Part shown: piece after piece, positions 52,108 through 63,699 of the stretch
How positions within the stretch are numbered: the stretch's first letter is position 1
Layout: each line of letters begins with the position of its first letter
Translations under genes and position numbers: made by a program
NCBI RefSeq assembly: GCF_963921235.1
Contig: NC_086097.1
Coordinates: 203,424,001-203,488,000 of the forward strand
From: Mobula hypostoma
Lineage: Eukaryota
Direction: 5' to 3'
DNA length: 64,000 nt
The notes under the pieces: model-generated
Seen by the model: the letters and a program-made list of their open reading frames with translations, nothing else
The model's database searches: none
Told to the model about the DNA's origin: nothing

Positions 52108-53420
52108 CAGATGTTATGGAGAGAAATCAGCGTCTGGTAACTTCTCTATCGAGTGTCCATGGTCCAGTCCTGCATTGGGACCTGGATGTGAAATCTAAAA
52201 AAAATTAGGTTAAGTATGCACCTTTCATGATTTACTCAGTTTGTGCAGGTCACATATTGTCTATCAAGAAACTTTTGAAAGTGTGAGCAGTTGTTCTAAG
52301 CCTGTGGCATTTATGGTGACAGGAAATTTGAAGACAACAAGATTCCTTCCTCTGGCTTTGCTTCTCTAGTACTGTCAACTACTGTCTGAACTCACCCTAT
52401 GTATTTTGCTCTGAGGAATTTCCTGCAGGCTGGCTTGGCTTCTGAGCTGGATGATTTTGTATGTGCCTGCAAGTAGTGAGATGTGCTGGGACTTCCCGAG
52501 GGGATGGATAGCTTGCTGGTACCATGGAACTGTACTGAGAGAACCAGCTTACTTTGAGAGTTCACAGCACCCCATGGATTTCTCGTGGGCTTACCTGTTG
52601 GGTTCTATACAAAATGTTGCCTAAGAAGCCGAGAAATAAAAATAAATTTAGGAAAATCTAAGGATTTGGAAAGATATTAGAAACATAATACAAATTTTAG
52701 AAACATAAAATATTTTAGAAATTCATTATAACCTGAAAACTGTAGAATGCTATGGTTGTGAAACCTGACTCTGATTTTGATGTTATGAGAATTCCTGAGT
52801 GTAGTTCCAATGAAATATCCACCAAAATTACTCTGTCATAATGACTTCTGCACATCTTCAACATTTCTATGTTCTTTGTAACAGGAGTTTACAAAATGCC
52901 CAATAGTCAACTAGATGCCTTTGAAAAGACATTCACAGCTGAAGAAAATGCCAGTCTGAAAATCTTGGTTGTGAAGTCATGGAATATTTATGTCAGCATT
53001 TCACTTACTGTATCCCAATAACAATTTTATATATAATATAGTTCAATTGTCATAAATTGGATTATTATATAAAATACATGATCCTATTAACTTATGGAAC
53101 ATTCTTATTCAAATCCGGATAAGGAGTTAATTATTCTCAGAATAAACTTCATCTTTCTCAAAGAATATGAGATATAGAACAATCTAGTCAGTGTTAATAG
53201 TTCTGCACATGAAAGCATCTCTTTTATTGTTTTCACTTGTGACCAATTCAGCTTCCAAGAATTTTGTTCTTGTGACTCGTCAAGGCACAGGGTCATGCAG
53301 CTTGCTGGCAGACCTCATCCCAAGGTCCAGGATTCCCTCCTTTTCCTTCCCAGTATTGTCCTGCATCCTGCAGGTTTGTTCTCCTTCTCCACTGCTGCTG
53401 TCGTGACAAGGATGACTTGT
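52108..53420 (-). other. Cluster of candidate spliced exons: 53420-53314, 52620-52595, 52466-52396, 52194-52108
   Basis: Each is bounded by AG and GT; three have strong signals (cttcttag..ag|gtaagc, cttgcag..gg|gtgagt, tttttag..tg|gtaagg). No recognisable protein. Confidence 0.35.
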
Positions 53421-54489
53421 CTGCAGCACATGTGGAGTCAACGGTGACAAAGACTGGTTTATTGCCAAAATATAATTATTACACTATGACTACAGAAACT
53501 TGAATAAAGGTTTGCAGAAGGTGTATGCTGCTCTAAACATATCACATCCTATGACATAACCCTTCTTCTGTTTCTCTAATTAAACCTACCTGCATGTGAA
53601 CTAGGCCAGAGTGGACCATAAAGCATAACATAAGTAAAATGGATTGAACTCATTCTATTTGGTAATATTGATACATATAAGTATTTTCCCTATTTTAATC
53701 AAGTATTATTTCTTTCAAAATAAATGGCTTATAGTTTTGGAGTGGAGAAAGTACAGCACTCAGTTATAGGTTGTATTTCTGTAATGCTTCCATGGTGCAT
53801 TGGAGGTTTATTGGAAAACACATCCTGAACTAGAATGTGAATTTTTAAGAGAGCATATTCTACAGAGCATAGTGTAAATTATTTGAGGCCTGGATCTTAG
53901 TTAAGATACTTCTAAGTTAAAGAAGCAATGTGGCAGAACAGGGAGATAGGAGGTGTGTATAGTTTAGGACTGCAAGAAACTGAAAAGATAAGATAGAAAT
54001 TTGTCTTTGGTTGAATATGCTAATCATGTGATCTAATAACATGTCCATTGAACTCAGCTCATGAGATTTGGTTCCAACGACTTCATTGATATTGAAAGAC
54101 AGACTGGGTAAGTTAATTGGTCATTGTAAATTGTCCATGATTAGGTTAAAGTCAAATTCATTCATTTACAAGCAATGTTCAACACTCACATATTCCTACT
54201 ATGCCTGCTAATTATCTCCAGACATTTTCTAGTTTTATTTCAAATTTCCACTATCTATAATTTCTACTTTTTAAAACACTAAATGACAGCCATTTAGCTC
54301 GTAAACAGAGGACTAATATTTACCTAAATGATCGTCGAGCCAAGGTTTTGCCGGAATTTAGTCTGACCCATGAAATTACAGCAGACAGATTTCCAGGCAT
54401 AACTTTTAGCAAAGTTTGGGGAATTGCTTCCACTGCTGGATTCCTTGAGGAGCATAACATGGAGAAAGCTGGGAACTGAGGACACTCAA

Positions 54490-54620
54490 CAACAAACAAG
54501 AGAAAATCTGAAGATGCTGGACAAGCAACACACACAAAGTGGAAGGAACTCAGCAGGTCAGGCAGAATCTATGGTAAAGAGTACAGTTGACATTTCGGGC
54601 TGAGACCCCTCGGCAGGACA
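54490..54620 (-). mobile_element. Penelope pseudo-LTR end
   Basis: agaaaatctgaagatgctgg...ctcagcaggtcaggcag...cagttgacatttcgggctgagaccc. Confidence 0.8.
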
Positions 54621-55289
54621 CTGAACATCACTGTGCTTGCACATGCTTGTATGAAAATCAAGAACCTCCTGACAGTTGAGGAGATTAAACACCAGCTTTT
54701 CTGCATGGAATTGCACGCAATCTTTCTGTTTTGCAATATTGTGCCTTTATAACTTAGAAAAAAATTAGTTGCATTTTGCATCAGTGACTAGATAACAGGT
54801 AGATGGCACTGTTTTAGCTTCTGAGCATATAGAGCTCTTCGTTTTTGTGACTGAAGCTAGCTAAATTGAATACACAGTCCCAGTTACACAACTGGTAGCT
54901 GTCCATGAATGCACCCGCAGTTGTTCCATGGATGTGTTGCTTTCCTTAATATTTGCAACTAATCAAAACAATATACTTGATCCCAAATCTGTACCAGAGT
55001 TCACCAATGAAGCACCATCTTAAACGTTTTTGGCTTCCTGTGAATCATTACATTTATAAACTAACAGAAGTAGTAATATTTCCTCTGATCTTTGAGACAT
55101 GCAAAATAGTGTATCAGCTTGAGAAAAAATTAAAATCACTTATTCACTCATCCTTATAATGCAATGAAAATAACAATGTAACTATAAAGACTAAATTCTA
55201 TTTTTATGTTTTTTTCTGGTGTTAGGCCTACATCATGCTTTGTTATCATTCAGAATGCTTATTTCTGCTTCACTGGCAAAAATTGGAGC

Positions 55290-56365
55290 ATCAGAGTTCA
55301 ATCTATGACCATATTTGAACCCTGTGGACAGTGAGGGTTATCAAAGGATATACCATGATATAAATCTATTAGATAGATAGATAGATAGATAGTTTCTTTA
55401 TTGATACCAAAGGAAATTAGTGTCACAATACAAATATTAGAAGAGAAGTAAGAAAAAATAAAAATAAGTTACTTCAAACAGTCTAACAGGAGAGAGTCAT
55501 CACTTCCCCAGCTATAGGTTGACTCATTATAAAGCCTAATGGTCGCGGGTTAGAATGAGCTCATATAGCACTCTTTGGGGCAGTGCAGTTGTCTTAGTCT
55601 ATCACTAAAAGTGCTCCTCTGCTCAGCCAAGGTGGCATGCAGAGGGTGAGAGACTGTCCCAAATTGCCAGGTTTTTCCGGAGGGTCCTTTGTGCTACCAC
55701 AGCCTCCAGATAAGGGTGGAGAAATGGAAGATGGAAGTTAATCTATGCAAGAGTCTGTTGGACAGCAAAGGTAAGGAGAAATCGTAGAGTTAATGGCAGG
55801 TCTCTTAAAATCTATGGACTTGGATCTTGAGGACTATGTCCATAGCTCACTGAAAGTGACAACACAAGTAGAGAGAGTGGTTAAAAAAAATCATGTGGCC
55901 TCGGTCAGGGTATTGAATAAAATAATTAATTAATGTTGGAGCTCTATAAAATGTGGTTGTGCAGCAACCTTACTATAGGAAGGATGTGGGGACCTTGGAG
56001 AGGGAACAATACAGGTTTATCAGGATTCTGCCTGGGTTAGAGTGTATCACCTAAAAGGACGGGTTGGACGATCTGGGATTGTTGTCTCTGGAGAGCACTG
56101 GACATTGAGGGGTAACTTGATCTAAATTTAAACAATTATGGGAGGTGTAGATTGTCAGAATCTTAGTCCCAGAGTAGAAATGTTAAATACAAGAGGACAT
56201 AACTTCAGTGTGAGAAGAGGAAAATTTAACGGAGTTGTGTGGGGCATGTTTTGTTTACACAGAATGATAGGTACTTGGAAAAGGCTGACAGGGCGTAGTG
56301 GTGGAAGTAGATCAACCAAGCTCTTCAATATGCAGTGAATTCAGTGGCATGGATAATGTGCAGGT
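55290..56365 (+). mobile_element. Old CR1 3' half, interrupted by an antisense Rex1 3' end (~55368-55708) with a (GATA)n tail
   Basis: TRGHNFSVRRGKF; the insert begins (agat)n..tttattgataccaaaggaaatt. Confidence 0.75.
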
Positions 56366-56371
56366 AGAAGC

Positions 56372-56975
56372 AGTTATCACAACGCTATTACAGGTCGGGG
56401 CATGCCGGATTTCAAAGTGTGTGGGCACGTGGCCAAGTGGTTAAGGCATTGAACTAGCAACCCTGAAGGTCATGAGTTCGAGCCCCCAGCCGAGGCAACG
56501 TGTTGTGTCCTTGAGCAAGGCACTTAATCACACATTGCTCTGTGACGACTCTGGTGCCAAGCTGTATGGGTCCTAATGCCCTTCCCTTGGACAACATTGG
56601 TGTCGTGGAGAGGGGAGACTTGCAGCATGGGCAACTGCAACTGCTGGTCTTCCATACAACCTTGCTCAGGCCTGCGCCCTGGAGAGTGAAGACTTTCCAG
56701 GTACAGATCCATAGTTTCGCAAAACTAACGGATTACAGCTCGGGGCATGCCGGATTTCAAAGTTCAATTCCAGAGCCGTTCTGTAAGGAATCCCTGTACA
56801 TTCTCCCCATGGGTTTTCCTGGGAGCTGTGGTGTTCTCCCATAGTCCAAAGATGTACCAGTTGGGTTAACTGATCACTGTAAATTGTATCATATTTAGAT
56901 TGGCGTTAATCTGGGGTTTTGGGGTTGCTGGGCCGGAGTGGCTTGAAGGGCCTACTGTATCACTAAATAAAAATA
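56372..56975 (+). mobile_element. V-domain SINE split by a second SINE
   Basis: agttatcacaacgctattacag... resumes ttcaattcc..ctgtaaggaatccctgtacattctcccc..gtccaaagatgtacc; taaataaaaataa tail. Confidence 0.75.
56419..56731 (+). mobile_element. tRNA-derived SINE with a 32-bp TSD
   Basis: A box tggccaagtgg, B box gagttcgagcc, core gtgttgtgtccttgagcaaggcactt; TSD 56387-56418 / 56732-56763 (31/32 identical). Confidence 0.9.
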
Positions 56976-57000
56976 AGTAAGTAATCCCTTCTAGAACACA

Positions 57001-57056
57001 GGACCCACAATAGTACAGCACAGGAAAAGGACCCACAATAGTACAGCACAGGAAAA
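57001..57056. repeat. Perfect 28-bp tandem duplication at a CR1 tail
   Basis: ggacccacaatagtacagcacaggaaaa, two copies. Confidence 0.95.
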
Positions 57057-58130
57057 GGCCCTCTGACCCACAATCTCATGCCAAATTAATTACCCTGGCA
57101 AATAGATGCCTAAATAAACTGATCTCTTCTACCTACACAATGTCCATATCTTTCCATTCTCTGCACACTCATGTGCCTATTGAACATAGAATGGTATAGC
57201 ACAATTACAGGCCCTTCACCCAAAATGTTGTGCCAAATCAAATGCACCGCTAAACTAATCCCTGCTACCTACATAATGTCCATATCCTTTCATTTCCTAC
57301 ACATTCATATGCCTATCTAAGACCACCTTGAACACCTCTATCACATTTTCCTCCACTACCCTCAGGCACCCACAATCGTCTATACGTATAACAAACTTTT
57401 CCCAAACAGCTCCTTTGAACTTACCCATTCACACCTTAAATTCGAGCTCTCTGTTATTAGACATTTCAGCCTTAGGAAAAGGACACTGGCTGTCTACCTG
57501 TTCTTCTCATCATAGGACATAGGAGCAGAATTGGGCCATTCATTCTATTGAGTCTGTTCACCATTCCATCATGGCTGATTTATTTATTCTCCTGCCTTCT
57601 CCCTGTAACCCTACTGATCAACAACCTATCACCATCAACTTCAGACATACTCAATGACTTACCACCCACAGTTATCTGTGGTAGGATCACTACCCTCTGG
57701 CTGAAGAATTCCTCTTCATCTCGGATCCTAGACTCTCCCACTATAGGAAACATCCTCTCCATTTCTGCTCTCTCCAGGCCTTATGAATATTCAATAGGTT
57801 TCAATGAGATGCCCCCTCATTCTTCGAAGCTCCAGCAACTACAGACCCAGAGCCATCAAATACTCCTCGTATGTTAACTCTTCCATTCTCAGAAACACTT
57901 TTGTGAACATCCTTTCCTATTCCAGCGCATCTTTTCATAGATAAGGGGCCCAAAACTGCTCACAATACTCCAAGTACATCCTTGCTCTTATATTCTAGTC
58001 CTCTTGAAATGAATGCTAATATTGCATTTGTTTTGCAACTGATTCAACCTGCGGGTTAACCTTTCTCAAGTCCCTTTGCACTTCTGAATTTTGAATTTTC
58101 TCTTTGTTTAGAAAATAGACTATAATCTTG
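57010..58130 (-). mobile_element. Stack of three CR1 3' ends (~57010-57180, ~57182-57505, ~57510-58130)
   Basis: Repeated antisense tails (tacagcac..aggccc; cataggagcagaattgggcc) and ERMFPIVGESR / VQRDL coding. Confidence 0.8.
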
Positions 58131-58939
58131 TTAGATTGGAGATGATTTTTTATGGAATGCTTCTGCACAGGAGAGCTTTGTATGAATATGGGAATGAGGA
58201 ATGCAGATGCTACTGATATTGATAAAATAGAAAATGCTGGGATACCATGCAGAACAACTGTACAGAAACCAACAAAAGTAATATCAAAGTTGATGAACTT
58301 CATTTAATGAAAGCTGATCAACTTGAAACATCGATTCTCTGTTTAATATTGCAGACCACATATCGTAAGCACTACTTGATTAGAAAACATAAAGTAAATG
58401 TATGGTCTTAACATGGAATTCACTAGTGGTGTCTGCAGCCTCTTTACAGCTGGCAGCTGCTTGCAAGTAGCAGGCATATACCTGGGACAGAGCTATCAAT
58501 AGAACTTCCTTTATTGAAGACACTAATCTTGATCTGACGGCAATACCTGGTACAGCCAGTTCATAAAAGCATTTATATACACCATAACAAGGACAGATAG
58601 GGGAGTAAACTGACACATGTCTTGGGTTTGTGTGAATAACAACTAGAAAGTGGAGGCTGATACAATGAGGTTCTGGCTCGCGACAATACGACAGGTATTT
58701 CACATGGGAATTGAGAAAAAAATAATGAAGATGGTAGGATAGGGGAAGGGGCAGTGAAGGCAAGGATATCTTGAAGTCACCTAAACTAACTATGGTTACA
58801 TTTCAGACTAAAACAATGGGGGGGATATCTTGATTATATAAGGTCCAATAAGGTAGCTGACTCATCACAGTATCAGTTTAAATGTTTGGAGGTATGAATA
58901 TTACTGTGGTATAAATTGTGTACTTGGTAGGGCTCTGAA

Positions 58940-60300
58940 AACCTGAGCCAACCAACTGGCAGCTGTGTTCAAAACATTTTCAATCTCTCATTGCTACAGT
59001 CAGAATTTCCCACCTGCTTCAAGAGGGCAACAATCTTATCAGTGCCCAAGAAGAGCAGGTGAGCTGCCTTAACGACTATCATCCAGTAGCACTCACATCT
59101 ACAGTGATGAAGTGCATGGAGGGGTTAGTTATACTAGAATCAACTCCTGCCTAAGCAAGGAACTGGACTTGCTTATCGCCACAGTAGGTCTTCAGCAGAT
59201 TCAATCTCATTGGCTCTTCACCTGGCCTTGGATCACCTGGACGATACTAATACTTACGACAGGCTGCTGCTTTTTTTGACAACAGCTCAGCATTTAGCAC
59301 CATCATTCCTGCAGTTCTGATCAAAAAGCTCCAGAACCTGGGCATCTGTACCTCCCTCTGCAACTGGATCCTTGACTTCCTCAACAAAAGATCACAGTCT
59401 GAGCAGATCGGAAATAACATTTCCACCTTGCTGATAATCAATACTGGCACACTTCAAAGATGCCTGCTTAGCCCACTGCTCTACTCTCTCTACACACGTC
59501 ACTGTGTGGCTAGGCACAGCTCAAATGCCATCTATAAATTTGCTGACAACACAACTATTGTTGGCAGAATTTCGGGTGCTGATGAGAGGGTGTACAGGAA
59601 CGAGATATTTCAGCTAGTTGAGTGGCATTGCAGCAATAACTTTGCACTCAACAAAGTAAGACCAAAGAATTGATTGTGGATTTCAGAAAGGGTATGATGG
59701 GGGTACATACAGGGGTATGATGAGGTTTCTGGGTGTCAACATCTCTGAGAATCTATTCTGAGCCCAACATATCAATACAGTTACAAAGAAGGCACGACAG
59801 CAGCTATATTTCATTAGGCATTTGAGGATATTTGGAATGTCACCAAAGACACTCGTTAAAATCTACTGATGTATTGTGGAGAGCATTCTAACTGGCTGCA
59901 TTGCTGTCTGGTATGGTGGGCTGTGGATCGACAAAAGATGCAGACAGTTGTAAAATCCATCAGCTCCATCATGGGCATTAGCCTCCCCAGCATCCAGGAC
60001 GTCTTCAGGGAGAGATGCCTCACAAAGGTGACCCCCATTCTCAGGACATGCCCTCTTCTCATTTCTACCATCGGGGATGAGGTACAGGGGCCTGAAGGCA
60101 CACACTCAACGATTCAGGAACAGCTTCTACCCCTCTGCCATCCGACTTCCGAATGGACATTGAAACCATGAATGCGACCTCACTACTTTTTTTTCTTTTT
60201 GTACTACTTATTGAATTTAACCTTTTTAATATATACGCTTACTGTAATTTACAGTTTTATTCACAACATATGCCAGTGATATTAAACCTGATTCTCATTC
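58940..60300 (+). mobile_element. Rex1/Babar LINE RT and 3' end
   Basis: FNLSL..PTCFK..VPKK, NDY.PVALTS, DNSSAF, NTG..LSPLLYSLYT..KFADNTTIVG; tail attaaacctgattct. Confidence 0.9.
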
Positions 60301-61744
60301 CATCACCTAAAGAAAATAAAACTCTAAACCTTTTCACTTCCTCAACTTCTCTATGCATAATGATGTGAGAGAAAAATTGACATCAAGAAATACTACTTTA
60401 ATGAAATATCCAATGCAAGATTGCTACATTCTAATTAGAGTCCTTTTGTCAACTTTGCAATCCGCACTTCTCCTAGTGAATGTGTTGTTCTCATTTTTTT
60501 TATACTCTGTATTTCATGTTTAAATGTTGTTTGCTTAAGTTTCTTTTCTGACTGCCAGTGTTCTGTCATGAAAATAGGAGAGGTTAAAGAACACATCCTA
60601 CATGGAGTGACAGTAAAACTTAATTTTGCATTACATTACTGTTTCCAAATCAGGCACAGAGGGGCCTTCTCCTCATTTCTACTGCTTTTGATTTATGGAG
60701 ATATTGAAGTAGTGAACAGCAAACATCTGTGTTCCACAGCATAAAAATCCGTATTCCTTTAGCATTACAGTAAATATTCACTGACTTTCGTTTTATTTTC
60801 ATTGTTTTTACGGCAAACATCAAATGCTTTCTTCTGAGACTGAAAAGTTCCTCTTTGCCCCCTTTAAATATTTAGTTCTACTCTAATTATCTTTGCAGCC
60901 TGCCTGCTTTTAGAAAAAGTTGTTTTGGCAGCTGTGATGTTTGGTCCTATTTTATGCTCAGTTTTTCTCTATTCTTTAATATTATTCATTATTGATTTTG
61001 TCACACCTGCATTATGCCTTGCATGTACTAGAGGGTCACAGTGCCAAGCAGCACACTGGCTGCGTGTCAGGTCATTTCCCATTTGTGTTCTGTGGGCACT
61101 TGCATCATCAGCACTGAATTGCAAAAATAAGGACAGCTTTTGTTGCTGTTTTGGTTGCTATAGTTGCTCTTCCCCCTTGTCTGCTTTTCTTCATTCCTCC
61201 TTCCCACTCACTTCTTCTACCCGTTCCTTTTTCTTCTCCTTCATCTTCCTCATCATTCCCCAACATCCTCCCTATTTTCCCTCCTGCTGGTAAAAATGGA
61301 ATGCCGTGTTTGATAACTGCAAGCTCAGGATGTTGTTTAGCTGGCTATCAAATTGGTGGAAGGGAAGTTGTGGACGTAGCTGCTTTTCTTTCCAGGAAGG
61401 GTTCCTCCCAATAGTTCCTGCAAGTCGCGCTGTGAAAATTGCTCTGAATTGGTAGCCAGAGGTCAGGGGTGTGCCGACAGTACTCACTGCTGATGGAAGA
61501 TCCTGGGCTATTACTGCTATTGGGTGACTCCGGAACCGGGACAAGTTACTGCCGTGGAGTCATTCAGCTCATGACAGGCCTCCAGGTAACCTTTCAAATC
61601 CGGATGGCCAGATAATGAAAATTATATGAGAATAGGTGTGTTCTGTAGTGACTTTGAATGAGCAGTTAATTTCCCAGTTAAACCTATTAAATAAGAAACT
61701 GTTTCTAACCCAAGGTAGATGAGAAGATGTGATTATCCACCTGA

Positions 61745-62620
61745 CGCTACGTTCAAAATAGACCAGATAAATCCGTAACCGAAGCTTTTTCTCTTCGTTT
61801 TGACTCTCCGTTCTCATTGAAATGGCGTTTTCCTCCCCCAAAAATGGAGCTTTTCTGAAACGTTCTCCAGAGTGAATAAATCTGAAAACATCTATTATCC
61901 GGCATAGTGTGTACGAGGTAACCGGCTATTTTTAAAACCGCTGTCATGAGGTGCTGGAACAAATGGTGGCGACAGCATGGCATTTCATTGTTTTCTTGAA
62001 TGCAACCTCCAACACCACAACACTATCTGACAATAGATGTGTAATAGCCTAATGTAACCTTGTATGGAAATACAAGATAACACTGATGCAGACATGATTT
62101 ATACATTTAACAAGGTGCTTTATTAACGTATTGCTTGTGCAAACATTCAATAGATGCAATTGTCACTTTTGGCAGTAACTCGTTTTATTGCACATGTTAA
62201 ATACAGCAAAATAATACGCAAAGACATGACAAAAGTAAAGGCAAACAAAGGAGGTCACAGCAAATTTCACTTTTGCCCAGTAACAAGCCTTATTTCATTT
62301 AGTTGTAGCTGTTGTCCCTTTCAGCGGTGAAGAGACTATGGCTGTAGGAAATGTTTCTGGACAAACGCGCACCAAGTCTTTCGTTTGGCAATGTCCTTTT
62401 AAGTTTTTCTAGTCTGTAACTGGACAAACGCGCACCAGGTATACCGTTTCCTCTTGGCTTGTTTTCTGTGTGTTCTGCGCATGCCCAGTAGGAGGAGATT
62501 CACCCAAATATCCGTTTGAATGTGGACAGAGGTATTTTCAAAAATGCCTGGTGTGGACACCTGTCGCTTTTACACAAAACCGGCGTTTTCAAAATTATCT
62601 GGTCCAGTGTTGACACAGCT
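61745..62620. mobile_element. PIF/Harbinger-type non-autonomous DNA transposon (MITE), 876 bp
   Basis: 3-bp TGA on both sides (61742-61744, 62621-62623); imperfect 28-bp terminal inverted repeats (19/28) sharing gaccagataa; subterminal gtgtggac / gcgttttc motifs; internal direct repeat ctggacaaacgcgcacca. Confidence 0.75.
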
Positions 62621-62804
62621 TGAGGAGAGATACTTCAGGAGCAGATGATGATGGAGTAGAATAAATACAGTTGGAGTTAGAAGAGGTGAGAATTGCTTTG
62701 CCCTCTCCCCTTTATTGCGATGGAAGTAGCAGCACATGAAACTTAGGTTGCTGGCAGTCCTTAAAGTGCTTAAGATCTGAATGCATCAGCTGGAACCAAA
62801 TAGG

Positions 62805-63699
62805 ATCCATCTGTTAAACTCCTGAAGTTTGCAGATGACACAACTGTCATTGACTTATCCGAGACGGTGATGAGTCTGTATACAGACGGGTGGTGGAACG
62901 GCTGGCCCTCTGGTGTGGTCAGAACAATTTGGAACTAAATACGCTCAATACTGTGGAGATGACAGTGGACTTCAGGAGGAGCCCCCCAGTACTCCCCCCA
63001 CTCACTATACTCAACAGTATTGTGTCTGCTGTGGAGACCTTCAGGTTTCTGGGTGTCACAATCTCCCAGGGCCTGAAGTGGACACCCAACGCGGACACTC
63101 TTATTAAAAAGGCTCAGCAGAGGTTGTATTTCCTACGTCAACTCAGGAAGTACAACCTGCCTCAGGAGCTGCTGATTCAATTCTATTCAGGAATAATCCA
63201 ATCTGTTCTCTGTTCATCCATCACTGTCTGGTTTGGATCAGCTACCAAACAAGACAAGAATAGACTCCAAAGAACCGTCAGGGTTGCGAAAAGGATTATT
63301 GGTGTGAAGCTGCCCTCGATCTAGGACTTATATGCATCTAGAGTCAGGAAGCGAGCAAGCAGCATCATTGTAGACCCATCACTCCCTGGACATCACCTGT
63401 TCCAACTCCTTCATTCTGGTAGGCGCTTTAGATCACTGTATGCCAGGACAAATAGGGTTAAGAACAGTTTCTTTCCGTATGCCATCAGTCTTATGAACAC
63501 TTGAATTTTAGTCTATTATAAACCAAGTCCACCTGTACATACACAGGTATACCTCATTGTATATAGTTCACGATTACTTGCACTATTGTTTTTTTTGCTT
63601 TTTGATTCTGTACAGCGAGAGCTCAGGGAAACTGGCATCAAATTCCCTGTATGTGTCCACATACTTGGCAATGATAAAGGATTCTGATTCTGATTCTGA
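62805..63699 (+). mobile_element. Rex1/Babar LINE RT C-terminus with (ATTCTG)n tail, relatively young
   Basis: LLKFADDTTV; ORF 62890-63324 NNLELN..FRFLGVTIS..KKAQQRLYFLRQLRK..CSSITVWFG; NSFFP. Confidence 0.92.

Noticed and set aside
56422..56495. tRNA gene
   Set aside because: The tRNA-like head continues into a SINE body and the whole unit is bounded by a TSD.
58150..58370. Plus-strand exon with a good acceptor and donor
   Set aside because: Overlaps a degenerate Penelope-type repeat (tgcagatgct..aaaatgctgg), and no single open frame links acceptor to donor.
61100..61560. Minus-strand acidic, purine-rich coding exon
   Set aside because: Stops occur in all three frames and there are no consistent splice boundaries; treated as low-complexity sequence.
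62890..63324. Host gene with a DUF1891 / ALKBH8-like label
   Set aside because: KKAQQRLYFLR is the Rex1/Babar RT C-terminus; it recurs many times in the window and has a LINE tail.
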